Positions 1-12,567 of a stretch of DNA of 64,000 bases are shown piece after piece; position 1 is the first letter of the stretch; the number at the start of each line of letters is the position of its first letter. A program made the position numbers and the translations under genes. The notes under the pieces were generated by a model. The model did not search any database. It was not told the origin of the DNA and saw only the letters and a program-made list of their open reading frames with translations. The DNA comes from Eledone cirrhosa (taxonomy: Eukaryota), in the NCBI GenBank assembly GCA_964016885.1, contig OZ024740.1, forward strand, positions 363,382,001-363,446,000, given 5' to 3'.

Positions 1-491
1 AACTAACACTGAAAACATACCACACACACTCAGTTTGTGACTTGTAGGTTCTAATTCAAAATCATACCAAAGTTAGCCAATTGCAGCTTTGTTATTTTTT
101 ATGACAAATCAGTCAAGTTGGTGGGGAGGGGCCGTACTAATACTGATAGTGTTAATGGTGGGTAAAATATTTTGTAAAATAACACGGCCATTTTTGTTGT
201 TATTTGTGGTGAAAGTAATACTACTAAATTTCCTAACGCATGTTAAGTACTTTTTAACTACTTTAAGTAGACAAGTTTTCTTTCTTTCATTTCATTTAAA
301 TATGACATTAAGGGCTGATAATTCTGATATTTATTTATTTACTGTCGGCTGGAACACATAATAGAGTAATAGTTATATACACACACACACATATATATAT
401 ATATGGTAGCTGCCAACTCGTTTTCGAGTACGGCCACTACTTTATATCCATGTAAGAGAACCCCTACCGATGCGCTGAACGAGTGTGACTT

Positions 492-1008
492 TTAGTCCAG
501 CCAGTGACTTGAAAACTCTGGTACAAACACTACACCTTTGACAATTATTGACACATAGTGCTGGGCCCATGGTACCATGTGACGACAAGTGCAGAGAGAT
601 CTCCAGATATAAAGCAATGCCTGTGCCGTGAAGCTTTTATAGTGAGCAAAGGCACTGCACAAAGCCAGTCCCACTCTCTTAACCAAGATGTTATTTACCA
701 AAAAGAAGAACAAGTCAACATCATTGGATACCATCAGAGTTGCAGGTGTTATATCAGAGTTTTCCTTCTCCTTGAATTCTGCCTTGACAAAGGCTAAGGG
801 GTCATCTCTCCCAGTGATTTTGGATGGCCATTGACTCTTAAAAGCTCCTTTGCCCTTTGACAGGTTTTGTTTTTAGTCCTGCAGGATGTCCAATGTCACC
901 CTCCTCACCAAGAAACCTTGGTGGGGTTGCCAGTTTAGTCGCCAACGACCCGGCAATGGGACAGGTTGTACTGGGATACATGTTACCAGTAGCACCAACT
1001 GGTGACCT
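492..1008 (-). mobile_element. Old LINE (probably RTE) 5' fragment
   Basis: gagttttccttctccttg...caaaggctaag resembles RTE 5' UTR sequence from memory; abuts (TA)n; no clear ORF. Confidence 0.3.
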
Positions 1009-1012
1009 GACA

Positions 1013-1053
<41 letters not shown>

Positions 1054-1093
1054 ATATATACATAATATATACATATATATATATATATGATAC

Positions 1094-1142
<49 letters not shown>

Positions 1143-1170
1143 ACATATATATATACATATATATATATAT

Positions 1171-1885
1171 CGAGAGAAGGCTACGTTGGTATGGTCACGT
1201 GATGCGCATGAAAGACGACAGCTGTATAACAAAGTGCAGGGCAATAAAGATAGACGGTAGCTACAGAGTAGGCAGACCCAGAAAAACCTGGGACGAGCTG
1301 ATAAATTCTGACCTCACACACTTACACCTCTCCAAGACAATGTCACTGGACCGAGACCTTTGGCGGTACTCAGTAATAGAGAAGACCCGCCTTACCTAAA
1401 TACAAAGTAAAACCTACTACAGCCAGTAGGCATCTCTAACAAAATACACCCCGGTCCCACCACCCCCCACCCCATCCACACCGCCCCTTCAATGTAAAGT
1501 TATGTTGGTGCCACAACTTCCAGGCCGAAACAAATGAGATCGTGTAGACACAGTCCACGCTGTAATGTGGTCGTGTAGGCAGCACGGTAAAAACCTCCCA
1601 GCCCCACACTGTAAATGTGGTTGGTGTTAGGAAGGGCATCCAGCTGTAGAAAACCTGCCAGACAGTCCACGCTTTAATGTGGCCGTGTAGGCAACACGGT
1701 AAAAACCTCCCAGCCCCACACTGTAAATGTGGTTGGTGTAAGGAAGGGCATCCAGCTGTAGAAAACCCGCCAGATAGTCCTATGCGAGCAAGACAAACAC
1801 TCTTGCCTCAAGTGGGAAAACCCCCGTCCAAACCCATGCAAGCGTGGAACACGGACGTTAAACGTTGATGATGATCATGATGATA
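1171..1885 (+). mobile_element. RTE LINE, 5'-truncated 3' end
   Basis: [11 protein letters not shown]...GRPRKTW C-terminus, 3' UTR with internal duplication, (GAT)n tail, (TA)n on both sides. Confidence 0.92.
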
Positions 1886-1898
1886 TATATATACACAC

Positions 1899-3062
1899 AT
1901 CATCATCATCATCATCATCACCGTTTTACGTCCGTTCTTCCACGCTAGCATGGGTTAGACGGGTTGTCCTGTTGTGGGCAGTGTCTGGTCGGCTGACCAT
2001 GCCTTGCTCATACAGGAACTGATCTGGCTTGATTTCTACAGCTGGATGCCCTTCCTAACACCAACCTCATTTACAGTGAGTGCTGGGTGCTTTTTCGTGG
2101 CGCCTACACGTCCACTTTACAGTGTGGGCTGGGTGCTTTTTTGCCGTGGCACCTCCACGACCACCTTGCGGTGGTGGGGGGGGGGGGGGCATATTGTTTA
2201 TATGCTTCATCATGTACCCATGGGAGGTCGGGTACCCTGTATTACTGCGTGACGCCAGAAGTCACGGTCGTGTGTCATTGACTTTGAGAGGTGTAGTTGG
2301 GTAAGGTCGGCTTTTATCACCTCATCCCAAGTCATCTTGGGTCTCCCCACTCCGCGGTTTCCATCAACTTCTAGTGCTCTGCACCTTTTTATGCAGCTGT
2401 CATCCTTCATACGCATCACATGTCCATACCAGCGTAACCGCCTCTCCTGCACGCAGCATTTGATTCCTCTTATGCTCAGTCTCTCTCTCAATTCCTTTAT
2501 GCTTTGTCGTTCACGTATATTACTGTTACACATCCATCGGAGCATGCAGGCTTCGTTTCTCTCTAATCTACGTAAGTCTTCCACCTTCAGCGCCCAGGTC
2601 TCACTACCATGCAACATCGCTGTTCGGATACACGCATCATACAGTCTGCCTTTCATTCTGAGGGAGAAGCCTTTTGCAGCTAGCAGTGGTAGTAGTTCCC
2701 TAAACTTCTTCCATCCCGTTCTTACCCTAGTTATTGTACTTTCTGAGCACCCACCTCCGTTGCTAATTCGGTCACCTAGGTAGCAGAAGCTGTCTACTGT
2801 TTCTACAGGGCCCTCCCAGAGATTGGTGGTACTTGTTTCCTGTGGCTGTTTGCTTGCTGTTTCAGCACAGCTGCTGCATGTGAATCCTACATTCTTAATT
2901 AAGCTTCCTGAGATCCCGCTACATCTCTTGTGTACCCATTGTTTGCATTTGGGGCAAAGAATGGAGTTCCTACCTACACCTTTCCTACATACTGAGCAAG
3001 GCCATTTCCCTGAGGGGATCTGGGTTCTGTTTTCTCGTCTACTTATAAGGACCTTAGTCTTA
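1899..3062 (-). mobile_element. RTE LINE (related subfamily), 5'-truncated
   Basis: ORF 2210-3199: KTKV, PHD-like Cys cluster, [21 protein letters not shown]; (CAT)n tail at 1899-1920. Confidence 0.92.
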
Positions 3063-3065
3063 CAC

Positions 3066-3121
<56 letters not shown>

Positions 3122-3177
3122 ATATACATATACATAATATAGATATATATATAAATGTATATACATATACATATATA

Positions 3178-6100
3178 TCATCATCATCATCATCATCAAC
3201 GTTTAACGTCCATGTTCCACGCTTGCATGGGTTTGGACGGGGGTAGTCCCACTTGAGGCAAGAGTGATTGTCTTGCTCGCATAGGACTGTCTGGCAGGTT
3301 TTCTACAGTTGGATGCCCTTCCTAACACCAACCACATTTACAGTGTGGGTCTGGGAGGTTTTTACCGTGTTGCCTACACGGCCACATTACAGCGTGGACT
3401 GTGTGTTTTTTTGTCGTGACACCTACACGATCTCATTTGTTTCGGCCTCGATGGCGCGGCACCAACATAACTTTACATAGAACGGGGTGGTGTGGATGGG
3501 GTGGGGGTGGTGGTGGTGGGACGGGGGTGTATTTTGTTAGAGATGCCTACTGGCTGGAGTAGGTTTTATTATATATTTAGGTAAGGCGGGTCTTCTCTGT
3601 TACTGAGTACCGCCAAAGGTCTCGGTCCAGTCTTGGAGAGGTGTAAGTGTGTGATGTCGGAGTTTATCAGCTCGTCCCAGGTTTTTCTAGGTCTGCCTAT
3701 TCCGTGACTACCGTTTATCTTTATTGCCCTGCACTTTGTTATACAGCTATCGACTTTCATGCGCATCACGTGTCCATACCAACGTAGCCTTCTCTCGAGT
3801 AAACAACATCTGATCCCTCTTATCTCTAATTTTTTCCTTAGTTCGTTTATGCTTTGCCGTTCACGTATATTACTGTTACACATCCAGCGGAGCATGCAAG
3901 CTTCGTTCCTCTATAGTCTGCGTATATCCTCTGCACACAATGCCCAGGTCTCACTGCCATGCAGCATTGCTGTTCGTATGCAGGCATCGTACAACCTGCC
4001 TTTCATTTTTAGGGAGAACCCTTTAGCAGCTAATAGTGGTATAAGCTCTCTGAACTTTTTCCAACCAGTTCTGACTCTAGCTACAGTACTTTCAGAGCAC
4101 CCTCCCCCACTGCTGATTTTATCGCCCAGGTAACGGAAGCTGTCCACTATTTCTATAGAACCCTCTGCGCAGTTGAAAGAGCTAGTATTTTGTGGGCACT
4201 TGCTGCTACTTATTGCACCAGAACACTGGCCACATGTAAAATCTATGTTCTTAGTTAGCTTACCTGTGATCCCACTACATCTTTTATGCACCCATACTTT
4301 GCATTTAGGACATAAAATGGAGTTTCTACCTACGCCTTTCCTACACACCGAGCACGACCATTTCCCAGAAGGGACCGCCGCCTTGTTTTCTTTCCTACAA
4401 ACTAGTACTTTGGTCTTAGCCAGGTTAATTTTAAGTCCTTTTGACTCTAGGCCGTGCTTCCATGTTTGAAATTTCTTCTCTAGCTCGGCCATTGATTCCG
4501 CTATGAGTGTCAGGTCGTCTGCGTATAGGAGTTCCCATGGGCAGCCTGTCTTGAACTCCTCTGTTATAGCCTGAAGGGCAATAATAAATTGTAGGGGGCT
4601 GAGAACAGAGCCCTGATGGACGCCAACTTTTACGCTAAACTCTTCACTATATTCGTTGTTAATTCTAACCTTGCTGACTGTTTCTTTATACATGGCTTGT
4701 ATAGCCCTCACAAGCCATTCGTCAACGCCTAGTTTTCTAAGAGCCCACCAGATAATGGAGCGGGGACTCTGTCGAAGGCTTTCTCCAAGTCGACAAAAGC
4801 TAAGTAGAGGGGTTTACCTTTAGCTAGATACTTCTCCTGTAGTTGTCGTACTATGAAAAGAGCGTCTGTGGTACTTTTGCCTGACACAAACCCGAACTGC
4901 ATTTCATCTAGGTCAATTCTCTCTCTGATTAGTTGTGCTATTACTTTTTCCGTGACCTTCATGACCTGGTCGATTAATTTAATGCCTCTATAGTTACTCC
5001 TATCTAGGGCGTCTCCTTTACCCTTATAACAGTTAACGATGATGCTGCTATGCCAGTCCTTCGGAACAACCCCATTCTGTACGACTTGGTTAACTATGCG
5101 GGTGACCATGGTGTGTCCCACCGTGCCAGATGCCTTCAGCATCTCAGCAACTATTTCTGAAGGCCCAGCCGCCTTACCCGTCTTCATATCCTTGATTGCC
5201 TTACTTATTATACTCCCCTCGACTAACACTGCTGGTCCCTCTATTGGGTCGATATGGGGGAGACTGTCTTTCTCCCATTTATTCTCCTCATTTAATAGCC
5301 TTTCATAGTGACACTTCCAAGCTACCTTCTTATCAGTGTCGGTGATGGCAAGTGTGCCATCGTCGTTTAGTACACACTTCTCCCCGACAATATCACGGTT
5401 TTCCTTGACGCATTGCCTAGCAATCCTGAACACCTCACGTTTTTGGTCATCGCGTTGTAGAACATGCTTGAACTTTCTTTCCTCAGCTTCCCTTCTTGCT
5501 AAGTACACTTGTCTCCTAGCTTCCCTCCTGGCCACTTGATAGTCTTCTCTACTTACCCCATCCCGCCATACTTTCCAAGCCTGCTTTTTGGCCTTAATTG
5601 ACCCCTCCACCTTACTGTTCCACCACCATGTTACTCTCCTCCTGCCTACAGGCCTGCTCCAGCCACAGACTTCGTCTGTCGCCAACAGCAGGTTTGCTTT
5701 CAGAAATTCCCACTCTCCCTCTATATTGTCCGACTCTAAATGTTCTTCCTTACTGTCGAAAGCATCAAGTAATATGCTTTGAAATTTATTCCTGGCTGTG
5801 GGGTCCTTTAGCTTCCATATTTTTCTCCTGAGGATAGTCCTCTTCTGCTGTTGAGTACGTCTCGTCCTGACTATGAGGTCGCTAATTATCAGTCTATGTT
5901 GGGAGGTGCATTCTTCATGGGGGAGGGATTTAGTGTTTACAACAGACACTCTGTCACGTCTTCTGGTAAGGATATAATCTACCTGGCTTGTGTGTTCCCC
6001 GGATCTATAGGTGATCAGGTGATTGTCACGTTTTTTGAAGTTAGTGTTACAGATAGTTAGGTTATTTGCATCACAGAATTCCAGGATTCTGGAGCCTTCC

Positions 6101-6975
6101 TCATTTCTAGTACCAAACCCATAGCCTCCATGGATTTCGTCGTAGCCGTCACAATGTTGTCCAACGTGACCATTTAGGTCGCCTGTGATAATTATATAGT
6201 CACTGTCGGATATTTGGGAGGTAGTTAGCATCAGTGTCTCATAGAATCTGTCTTTTATAGTGCCGGGCAGTCCGGATTGGGGTGCGTACGCAGATATTAC
6301 TGTCACCGTAGTTCTATTGAGGACAAGTCGTATTTTAATTATTCTGTCGTTCACTCTATTTACGTCTATTATCTTATCTGCCCACTTTTCTGCTACCATG
6401 ATTCCTACTCCACCCAGCCCATCGTCGTTTCCCACCCAGAAAAGCTTATAACATCGTTTTTTACCCTCAATGAACCTAGCAGACCCACCCCTCCACCTGG
6501 TCTCTTGAATACAACAAACATCGACCTCCTTACGTTCAAGCATTTCTACAACCTCGTTAGCGCGACCCTTTAGGGTGCCTACATTTATGGTACCAACTCT
6601 GAAGTTTTGGATTGCGTTTGGGGGTTGGGGGCGGTGGGGGGCGATGGGGTTATGTTAGCCGTCCGCGGTCGAAACAATGAGGAGTGCTCGCATTCTCGTC
6701 CAAGAGGTGAATTTGTCTTTATCTTTGGCATTGTCGCTGAGCGTCCAGATTTTTCTCTCTCTCTCCTCCACTCTCCAGGATTCCGCAGTCCATCCATCCA
6801 TCATATATCGAAAGGCAACCAGGCAAGCGATAGTATAGGCCTCTGGCTTCTGATTGGTCCGCCTAATAATACTGGTGATGCGTGGGGGCTCTGGCTTATG
6901 ATTGCTCCACGTAATAGCAATGGTGGTGCGTGGGGGCGGGAGGGAGGGGTGTTGGGTAGCTAGATAGGAGGTAAT
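3178..6975 (-). mobile_element. Near full-length RTE LINE (APE endonuclease + RT + PHD), disrupted
   Basis: ORFs 4729-6543, 3911-4711, 3569-3895: CIQETRW, GDLNGH, DY, DLEKAFD, GVHQGSVLSP, YADD; frameshift near 4760, stop at 3911; (CAT)n tail. Confidence 0.96.
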
Positions 6976-6979
6976 GATT

Positions 6980-7032
<53 letters not shown>

Positions 7033-7034
7033 AA

Positions 7035-7297
7035 TCATCATCATCATCATCATCGTTTAATGTATATCTTCCATGCTAGCATGGGTTTAGATGGGAATTG
7101 TCCCACGTGAGGCAACATTGGTTGTCTTGCTCGTATAGGACTGCCTGGCGGGTTTTCTACGGCTGGATGCCCTTCCTAACACCAACCACGTTTACAGTGT
7201 GGACTGGGAGGTTTTTACCGTGTTACCTACACGGCCACATTACAGCGTGGACTGTGTGTTTTTTTGTCGTGACACCTAGACGACCCCATTTATTTAG

Positions 7298-7300
<3 letters not shown>
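7035..7300 (-). mobile_element. RTE 3' UTR fragment
   Basis: Matches the 3' UTR of the 12567-16771 copy; (CAT)n tail; flanked by (TA)n. Confidence 0.88.
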
Positions 7301-7337
<37 letters not shown>

Positions 7338-7342
7338 CTAAA

Positions 7343-8210
7343 CAACACGACGGTAACATAGACAACATAGAAATTAGAATAATATCTAAACATAGAAATG
7401 AAACAGAAAGAATGAATGGAATAATAACACCCTAACAAACAACCCTGACCTAAGAGAAGTATAAATAAATAAATAGATAAATAAATAAATAAATACATAC
7501 ACAAGCACAATAACAACACATATAAACACACACTAGTAAAGATAGAATACATTAACCAATACACAGTCACCCAATCACGAACACACATCAAACAAAACAC
7601 TATACACACACGCAAACGCATGCGCAAAGAAGACAAAATAAAATAAACAAATAAATAAATATATAAACAGACTAAATAAAGATGGCGTAGAAAATACAAT
7701 GCAACGGGAGGAAACAATAGCACCACTGACGATGTTGCAGATGTGCAACGAAAGAACTTTGTTAAACTATATATATGTGTTTGTGTCTATATTGTATCTG
7801 TAGGTGGATTGGCAGTATCGGTAGAGGGTCGGACGCCATGCTTTGACGCATAGAGTTACGGCCCTTGCCATTCTGAGTTCAAATCCCGCCGAGGTTAACT
7901 TTGCCTTTCATCCTTACGGGGTCGATAAAATAAAGTACCAGTAATACACTGGGTAATTTCTGGCCTTGTGCCAAACGTAGAAACAATTATTTTTGACCAT
8001 TGGTCAGTCAATGGCAACATTGAGGACCGAGTAAATTAGATTACCGATATAAAAGACACAGAAGCGAAAAGCGAAAACCAACCAAACAGTGAGTGTGTGC
8101 TGTTATTAATTCTGGCAATATTACACAAATATGACCCTCCCCAAGTATAACAATATTTGTTTCGACACACGATTTCATATCAAAAACCTCGCAAAACTAA
8201 TTTATCGCCG
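7343..8210 (+). mobile_element. Solo, 5'-truncated pseudo-LTR of the Neptune-like PLE, interrupted by a SINE
   Basis: Diverged copy of 11681-12407 and of the reverse complement of 8232-8900; ends in (TA)n at 8212. Confidence 0.88.
7803..7990 (+). mobile_element. tRNA-derived SINE (Meta/MESC-like core)
   Basis: A-box tggcagtatcgg, B-box gagttcaaatcc, core gcctttcatcct..ggggtcgataaaataaagtaccag; related copies at 44343-44540 and 44915-45100. Confidence 0.85.
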
Positions 8211-8425
8211 TTATATATATATATATATATATTGTTATACTTGGGAGGGTCATATTGTTGTAATAATATTGCCAGAATTAATAACAGAACACATTCATTG
8301 TTTGGTTGGTTTTTGCTTCTGTATCTTTTAAATCAGTTAATTTATTCGGTCCTCAATGTTTACCATTGACTGACCAACGGTCAAAAATACAGATATAATA
8401 TAGACACAAACACATATATATAGTC

Positions 8426-8470
8426 TAACAAGGTTCTTTCGTTGCATATCTGCAACATCGTCAGTGGTGC
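8426..8470 (-). ncRNA. Minimal hammerhead-like motif in PLE pLTR (copies at 7721-7765 + and 12121-12165 +)
   Basis: CUGACGA-U-[GUUGCA gaua UGCAAC]-GAAA core with stem II, sense to the PLE ORF; stems I and III imperfect. Confidence 0.5.
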
Positions 8471-11049
8471 TATTATGTTTCCTCCTGTTGTATTGTATGT
8501 CTACGCCATCTTTATTTAATCTGTTTATTTATTTATTTATTTATTTTTGTCTTCTACTCTGCGTATGCGTTTGCGTGTGTGTATAGTGTTTGATGTGTGT
8601 TCGCGTTTGGGTGACTGTGTTTTGGTTATTGTATTCTATCTTAGTTTACTAGTGTGTGTTTATATGTGTTTGTTGTTATTGTGCTTGTGTATATATTTAT
8701 TTATTTATTTATATTTCTCTTAGGTCAGTATTGTTTGTTTGGGTGTTGTTATTCCATTCATTTTTTCTGTTTAGCTTTGGCCTTCTAAGTTCTATTTCAC
8801 TGGCCTCTCTGATTTGCCTATCTGCTGGGTCATTTCTATGTTTAGATATTATTTTAATTTCTATGTTGTCTATGTTACCGTCATGTTGTTGTCTGGCATG
8901 TTCGTATAATACTGAACTGTTTTTTCTTCCTTTTAGTTCCCCCCAGTGTTGGTCTATCCTTTCTCCTATGCTACGAGCTGTCTCGCCTATGTATGTTGTT
9001 GTCATGTTTCTGCAAGTACCCTCTGTACATCTTATGCTATAGACTACGTTTCTAGTTTTACAGTTTATCCGGGGGTTTACTTTAGATATAATGCATTTCC
9101 TATTAGTTCAGTGGGTTTTCTTAAAAGTGTGTTTTGCTGATCAGGGATTTTATGGTGGTTCCTGGCTTTTCTACCACCTTAATCTTTAGGTGGGTCTTTC
9201 TCAGGGCCTTTCTACACTGGTTAGCGTCAACGAACATGACACTCTGGTATCTCTGGTTGTCGTACCATGAGGTGGCTTTCCCTATCTTATGTTTAGTCCT
9301 ATCTAAGCTATTCCATGATTTGCTCCTGTATAATGGGCAAATTCCTTTCATGTCCAGTTCTATGAGGGTCTTATACTTCTCTGTGGCTCCTTCGTATACT
9401 CTGATTCTGTCTCTTTGGTTGTAGCCAGAGAAATGCATGCGGTTGATGAAGTGTTGGATGTGTCTTTCCATGGGTCGCACATGCAGGACACATTCTTCAT
9501 CACTCATACCAAGTCTGCAATCAGAATATTAAACTTAGCACTACTGGACATTGCTGAGTTTTTCAGTATCAGGTATTTGGAGGCCATGGGTTTAGCGTAG
9601 TCTGAGTGGAGAATTTGGGCTCTCTCGTCTATAGTGTTAATCCAGAGTTCCGTGTCTAATACAGGTAGTTTATTGTTAGGGTGTTTGGAAGGCTAGTCGA
9701 TAGTTACAGTTATACTCTGGTGTATGGAATTAGCTATCTGCTAGATGCTTTCCATTGTGCTACATTCTAAATCATACTTGTTAGTACTCTCTTGTGGGGA
9801 TGTCCTTATTACTATATTAATGTTGTCTACATAACAAGAGTACATAATGAGGTCTATGGAGTTCTCATTAAGATCTTTGAGTCTCCTTTCCCACCATACC
9901 ATAAAAAGGTTGGCAACGTCACCAGCTATGCTGACCCCAATGGCTGCTCTCTCATTTTGGGTGTAGATCTTCTCGTTGAATTTGAATATGTGGCTCTTTT
10001 GGGTAGTTTTAATACTAGCCCCTATTGCATGTGCGACCATTTTTCTTACCTGATCATTGTTATGGGGGGTCCACCTTCCCATGGGAGACTTTTTTGCTAT
10101 TGAGGTTATGGTGGGGGGAGTCTACCTCTTATGGGTCTACTGGGGCAGAAACGGCTAAGGTCATGGCTGTCTAGGTAGTCAGTGTCATAAGTAAGTCTAA
10201 GTAGGAGGCCCAGTTTGTCTGTGTCGACGTCGCAGAACTCCACCTCACTCTCAATGATCATCTCCACACATTTTTCCACAGCAAAATCAATGTTAATAGA
10301 TGGGTATAGTGATACCACGTCCATACTGCCTATTAAGCAGTTGGATAGGTTTTTGTTTTTGTTGCACTCACTGATTCTGCTGAGGAGGTCCTCTGTACTG
10401 TCACATACATCTGGAGACATCTTGATTATGGGGCGTATAACCATTGAGAGGAAGTAGAAGATCCTGTAGTTGCTAGCGATATTGGCTCCGCATACAGATC
10501 TTGTTGGTGGTCCTGTTGTCGGGTCGTCAACTGTCTTTTGGTCTTTGCGGAGCCCATACAAGGGTGGTATGTGATTGTTAGACGCGTGGAAGTTGTTGGC
10601 AATGCATCTGCTTGGCTTTAGGATGTCGGTCCACATCATCATGTGAGCGTTGAGGATCTTCTCTCTCCCCCTCATGTATTTGCTGTGTAATTTCGCTTGT
10701 GTTGGTGATGTGGGTTGTATAGCCTTGATGTAGTTCAGCTTGCTGTCTATCAACATCCTACCAGACTTACCCGTGGGTAGACACACTACCTCCCCATCCC
10801 TTGTGCGCTGCTTGATGCTAATTAAGCCTTCTACAGGTTTGCTTCCAAGTTGTTGGACCTCTGGTCTGCTCTGTCTCTTAGTATACCTGTCTACTATTTG
10901 TCTAATCTTATATCTAGCTATGGTGAACTGTGCCTCTGTCTCGTCATCTATTTGTTGTGGTATACAAACCCTTTTATTAAAGGGTAACCTCATAGGATAA
11001 ATATTACCCATCTGATATGTTTTGTCAGCTGGATTGAAGAATAGTTTCT

Positions 11050-11660
11050 CTAAGGGGTTGTCATTATGTCTATCGTCATAGTTATGTGTGTTGTTTTTAT
11101 TGTTATTATGGTGGTTGTTGTTGTTCCTATCATTAACATTATTATTGTTATGATTGCTAGATGTATTGTTGTTATGATTGTTACATGTATTGCTGTTGTT
11201 TTCTCTATTGTTATTGTTGTTGTTACTGTTATTTCTACCATTGTGGTTGTTACTTTTATTATTGTTTCTTGTTTTTGTTGTTGTTGTGTTTATCATTAAT
11301 GTTGCTACACGTATTATTTCCATTATTACTACTGTGGTTGTTGTTGTTGTTACCCATATTATTTCTATTATTACTACTGTGGTTGTTGTTGTAGTTACTC
11401 GTATTATTTCCATTATTACTACTGTGGTTGTTGTTGTTGTGTCTGTCGTTAATGTTTCTATTATTATTATTGTCGTTGTTGTTGTTCTGTCTATCATTAA
11501 TATTATTACCATTATTATTACTACTATTTCTCACTCTCCTGCTATTGTTATTGTTATGACTATTACTATTATAGGTGTTATTTCTATACTCAGAGTTATT
11601 GTTTATATTACTGTTATTGTTATTATTGTGGTTGTTGTCCGTATAGTTGTTGTTGTTTAC
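11050..11660. repeat. (AAT/AAC)n-type low-complexity tract encoding poly-Asn in the PLE 5' region
   Basis: Degenerate ttg/tta repeats; Asn-rich reading on minus strand leading into the PLE ORF. Confidence 0.85.
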
Positions 11661-12423
11661 TTTCGCATTCCAGCGTATTTTTACGAAACACGCCAGACAA
11701 CAACATGATGGTAACATAGACAACATGGAAATTAAAATAATATCTAAACATAGCAATGACCCAGCAGATAGGCAAATCAGAGAGGCCAGTGAAATAGAAC
11801 TTAGAAGGCCAAAGCTAAACAGAAAAAATGAATGGAATAACAACACCCAAACAAACAATACTGACCTAAGAGAAATATAAATAAATAAATAAATATATAC
11901 ACAAGCACAATAACAACAAACACATATAAACGCACACTAGTAAACTAAGATAGAATACAATAACCAAAACACAGTCACCCAAACGCGAACACACATCAAA
12001 CACTATACACACACGCAAACGCATACGCAGAGAAGAAGATAAAAATAAATAAATAAATAAATAAACAGATTAAATAAAGATGGCGTAGACATACAATACA
12101 ACAGGAGGAACATAATAATAGCACACTGACGATGTTGCAGATGTGTAACGAAAGAACTTTGTTAGACTATATATATGTGTTTGTGTCTATATTATATCTA
12201 TATTTTTAACCGTTGGTCAGTCAATGGTAAACATTGAGGACCAAATAAATTAACTGATATGAAATATACGGAAGCGAAAACCAACCAAATAGTGAGTGTG
12301 TTCTGTTATTAATTCTGGCAATATTATTACAACAATATGACCCTCCCCAAGAATAACAATATTTGTTTCGACACACGGCTTCATATCAAAAACTTCGCAA
12401 AACAAATATATATATATATACAC

Positions 12424-12511
<88 letters not shown>

Positions 12512-12529
12512 ACATACATATATATATAC

Positions 12530-12566
<37 letters not shown>

Positions 12567-12567
<1 letters not shown>

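Larger units (their letters stand above)
8232..12407 (-). mobile_element. Penelope-like element (Neptune-like, RT + C-terminal GIY-YIG), disrupted, with inverted 5' pseudo-LTR at 11681-12407
   Basis: ORF pieces: PTGKSGR (DKS-like), PPLYGLRKD, GSMDVVSLYPSI, AIGVS, YVDN, NCKTRNVVYSIRC..C...YIGETARS..ER..H...H...H, LNRKNEW; 11681-12407 is the reverse complement of ~8232-8907; both ends in (TA)n. Confidence 0.92.

Noticed and set aside
2337-2783. Antisense ORFs overlapping RTE copies (also 3759-4469, 5039-5308, 13199-14640, 43055-43555)
   Set aside because: Shadow frames of the RTE ORF; they recur only because the element is repeated
7293-7342. tttaggac-(TA)n-gtcctaaa palindrome
   Set aside because: Only 8-bp arms around a self-complementary (TA)n; probably a junction by-product with no evidence of function
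8709-11512. Selenocysteine (UGA) recoding as in Naiad PLEs
   Set aside because: Endonuclease is C-terminal, and the ORF breaks are frameshifts and TAA/TAG stops consistent with decay
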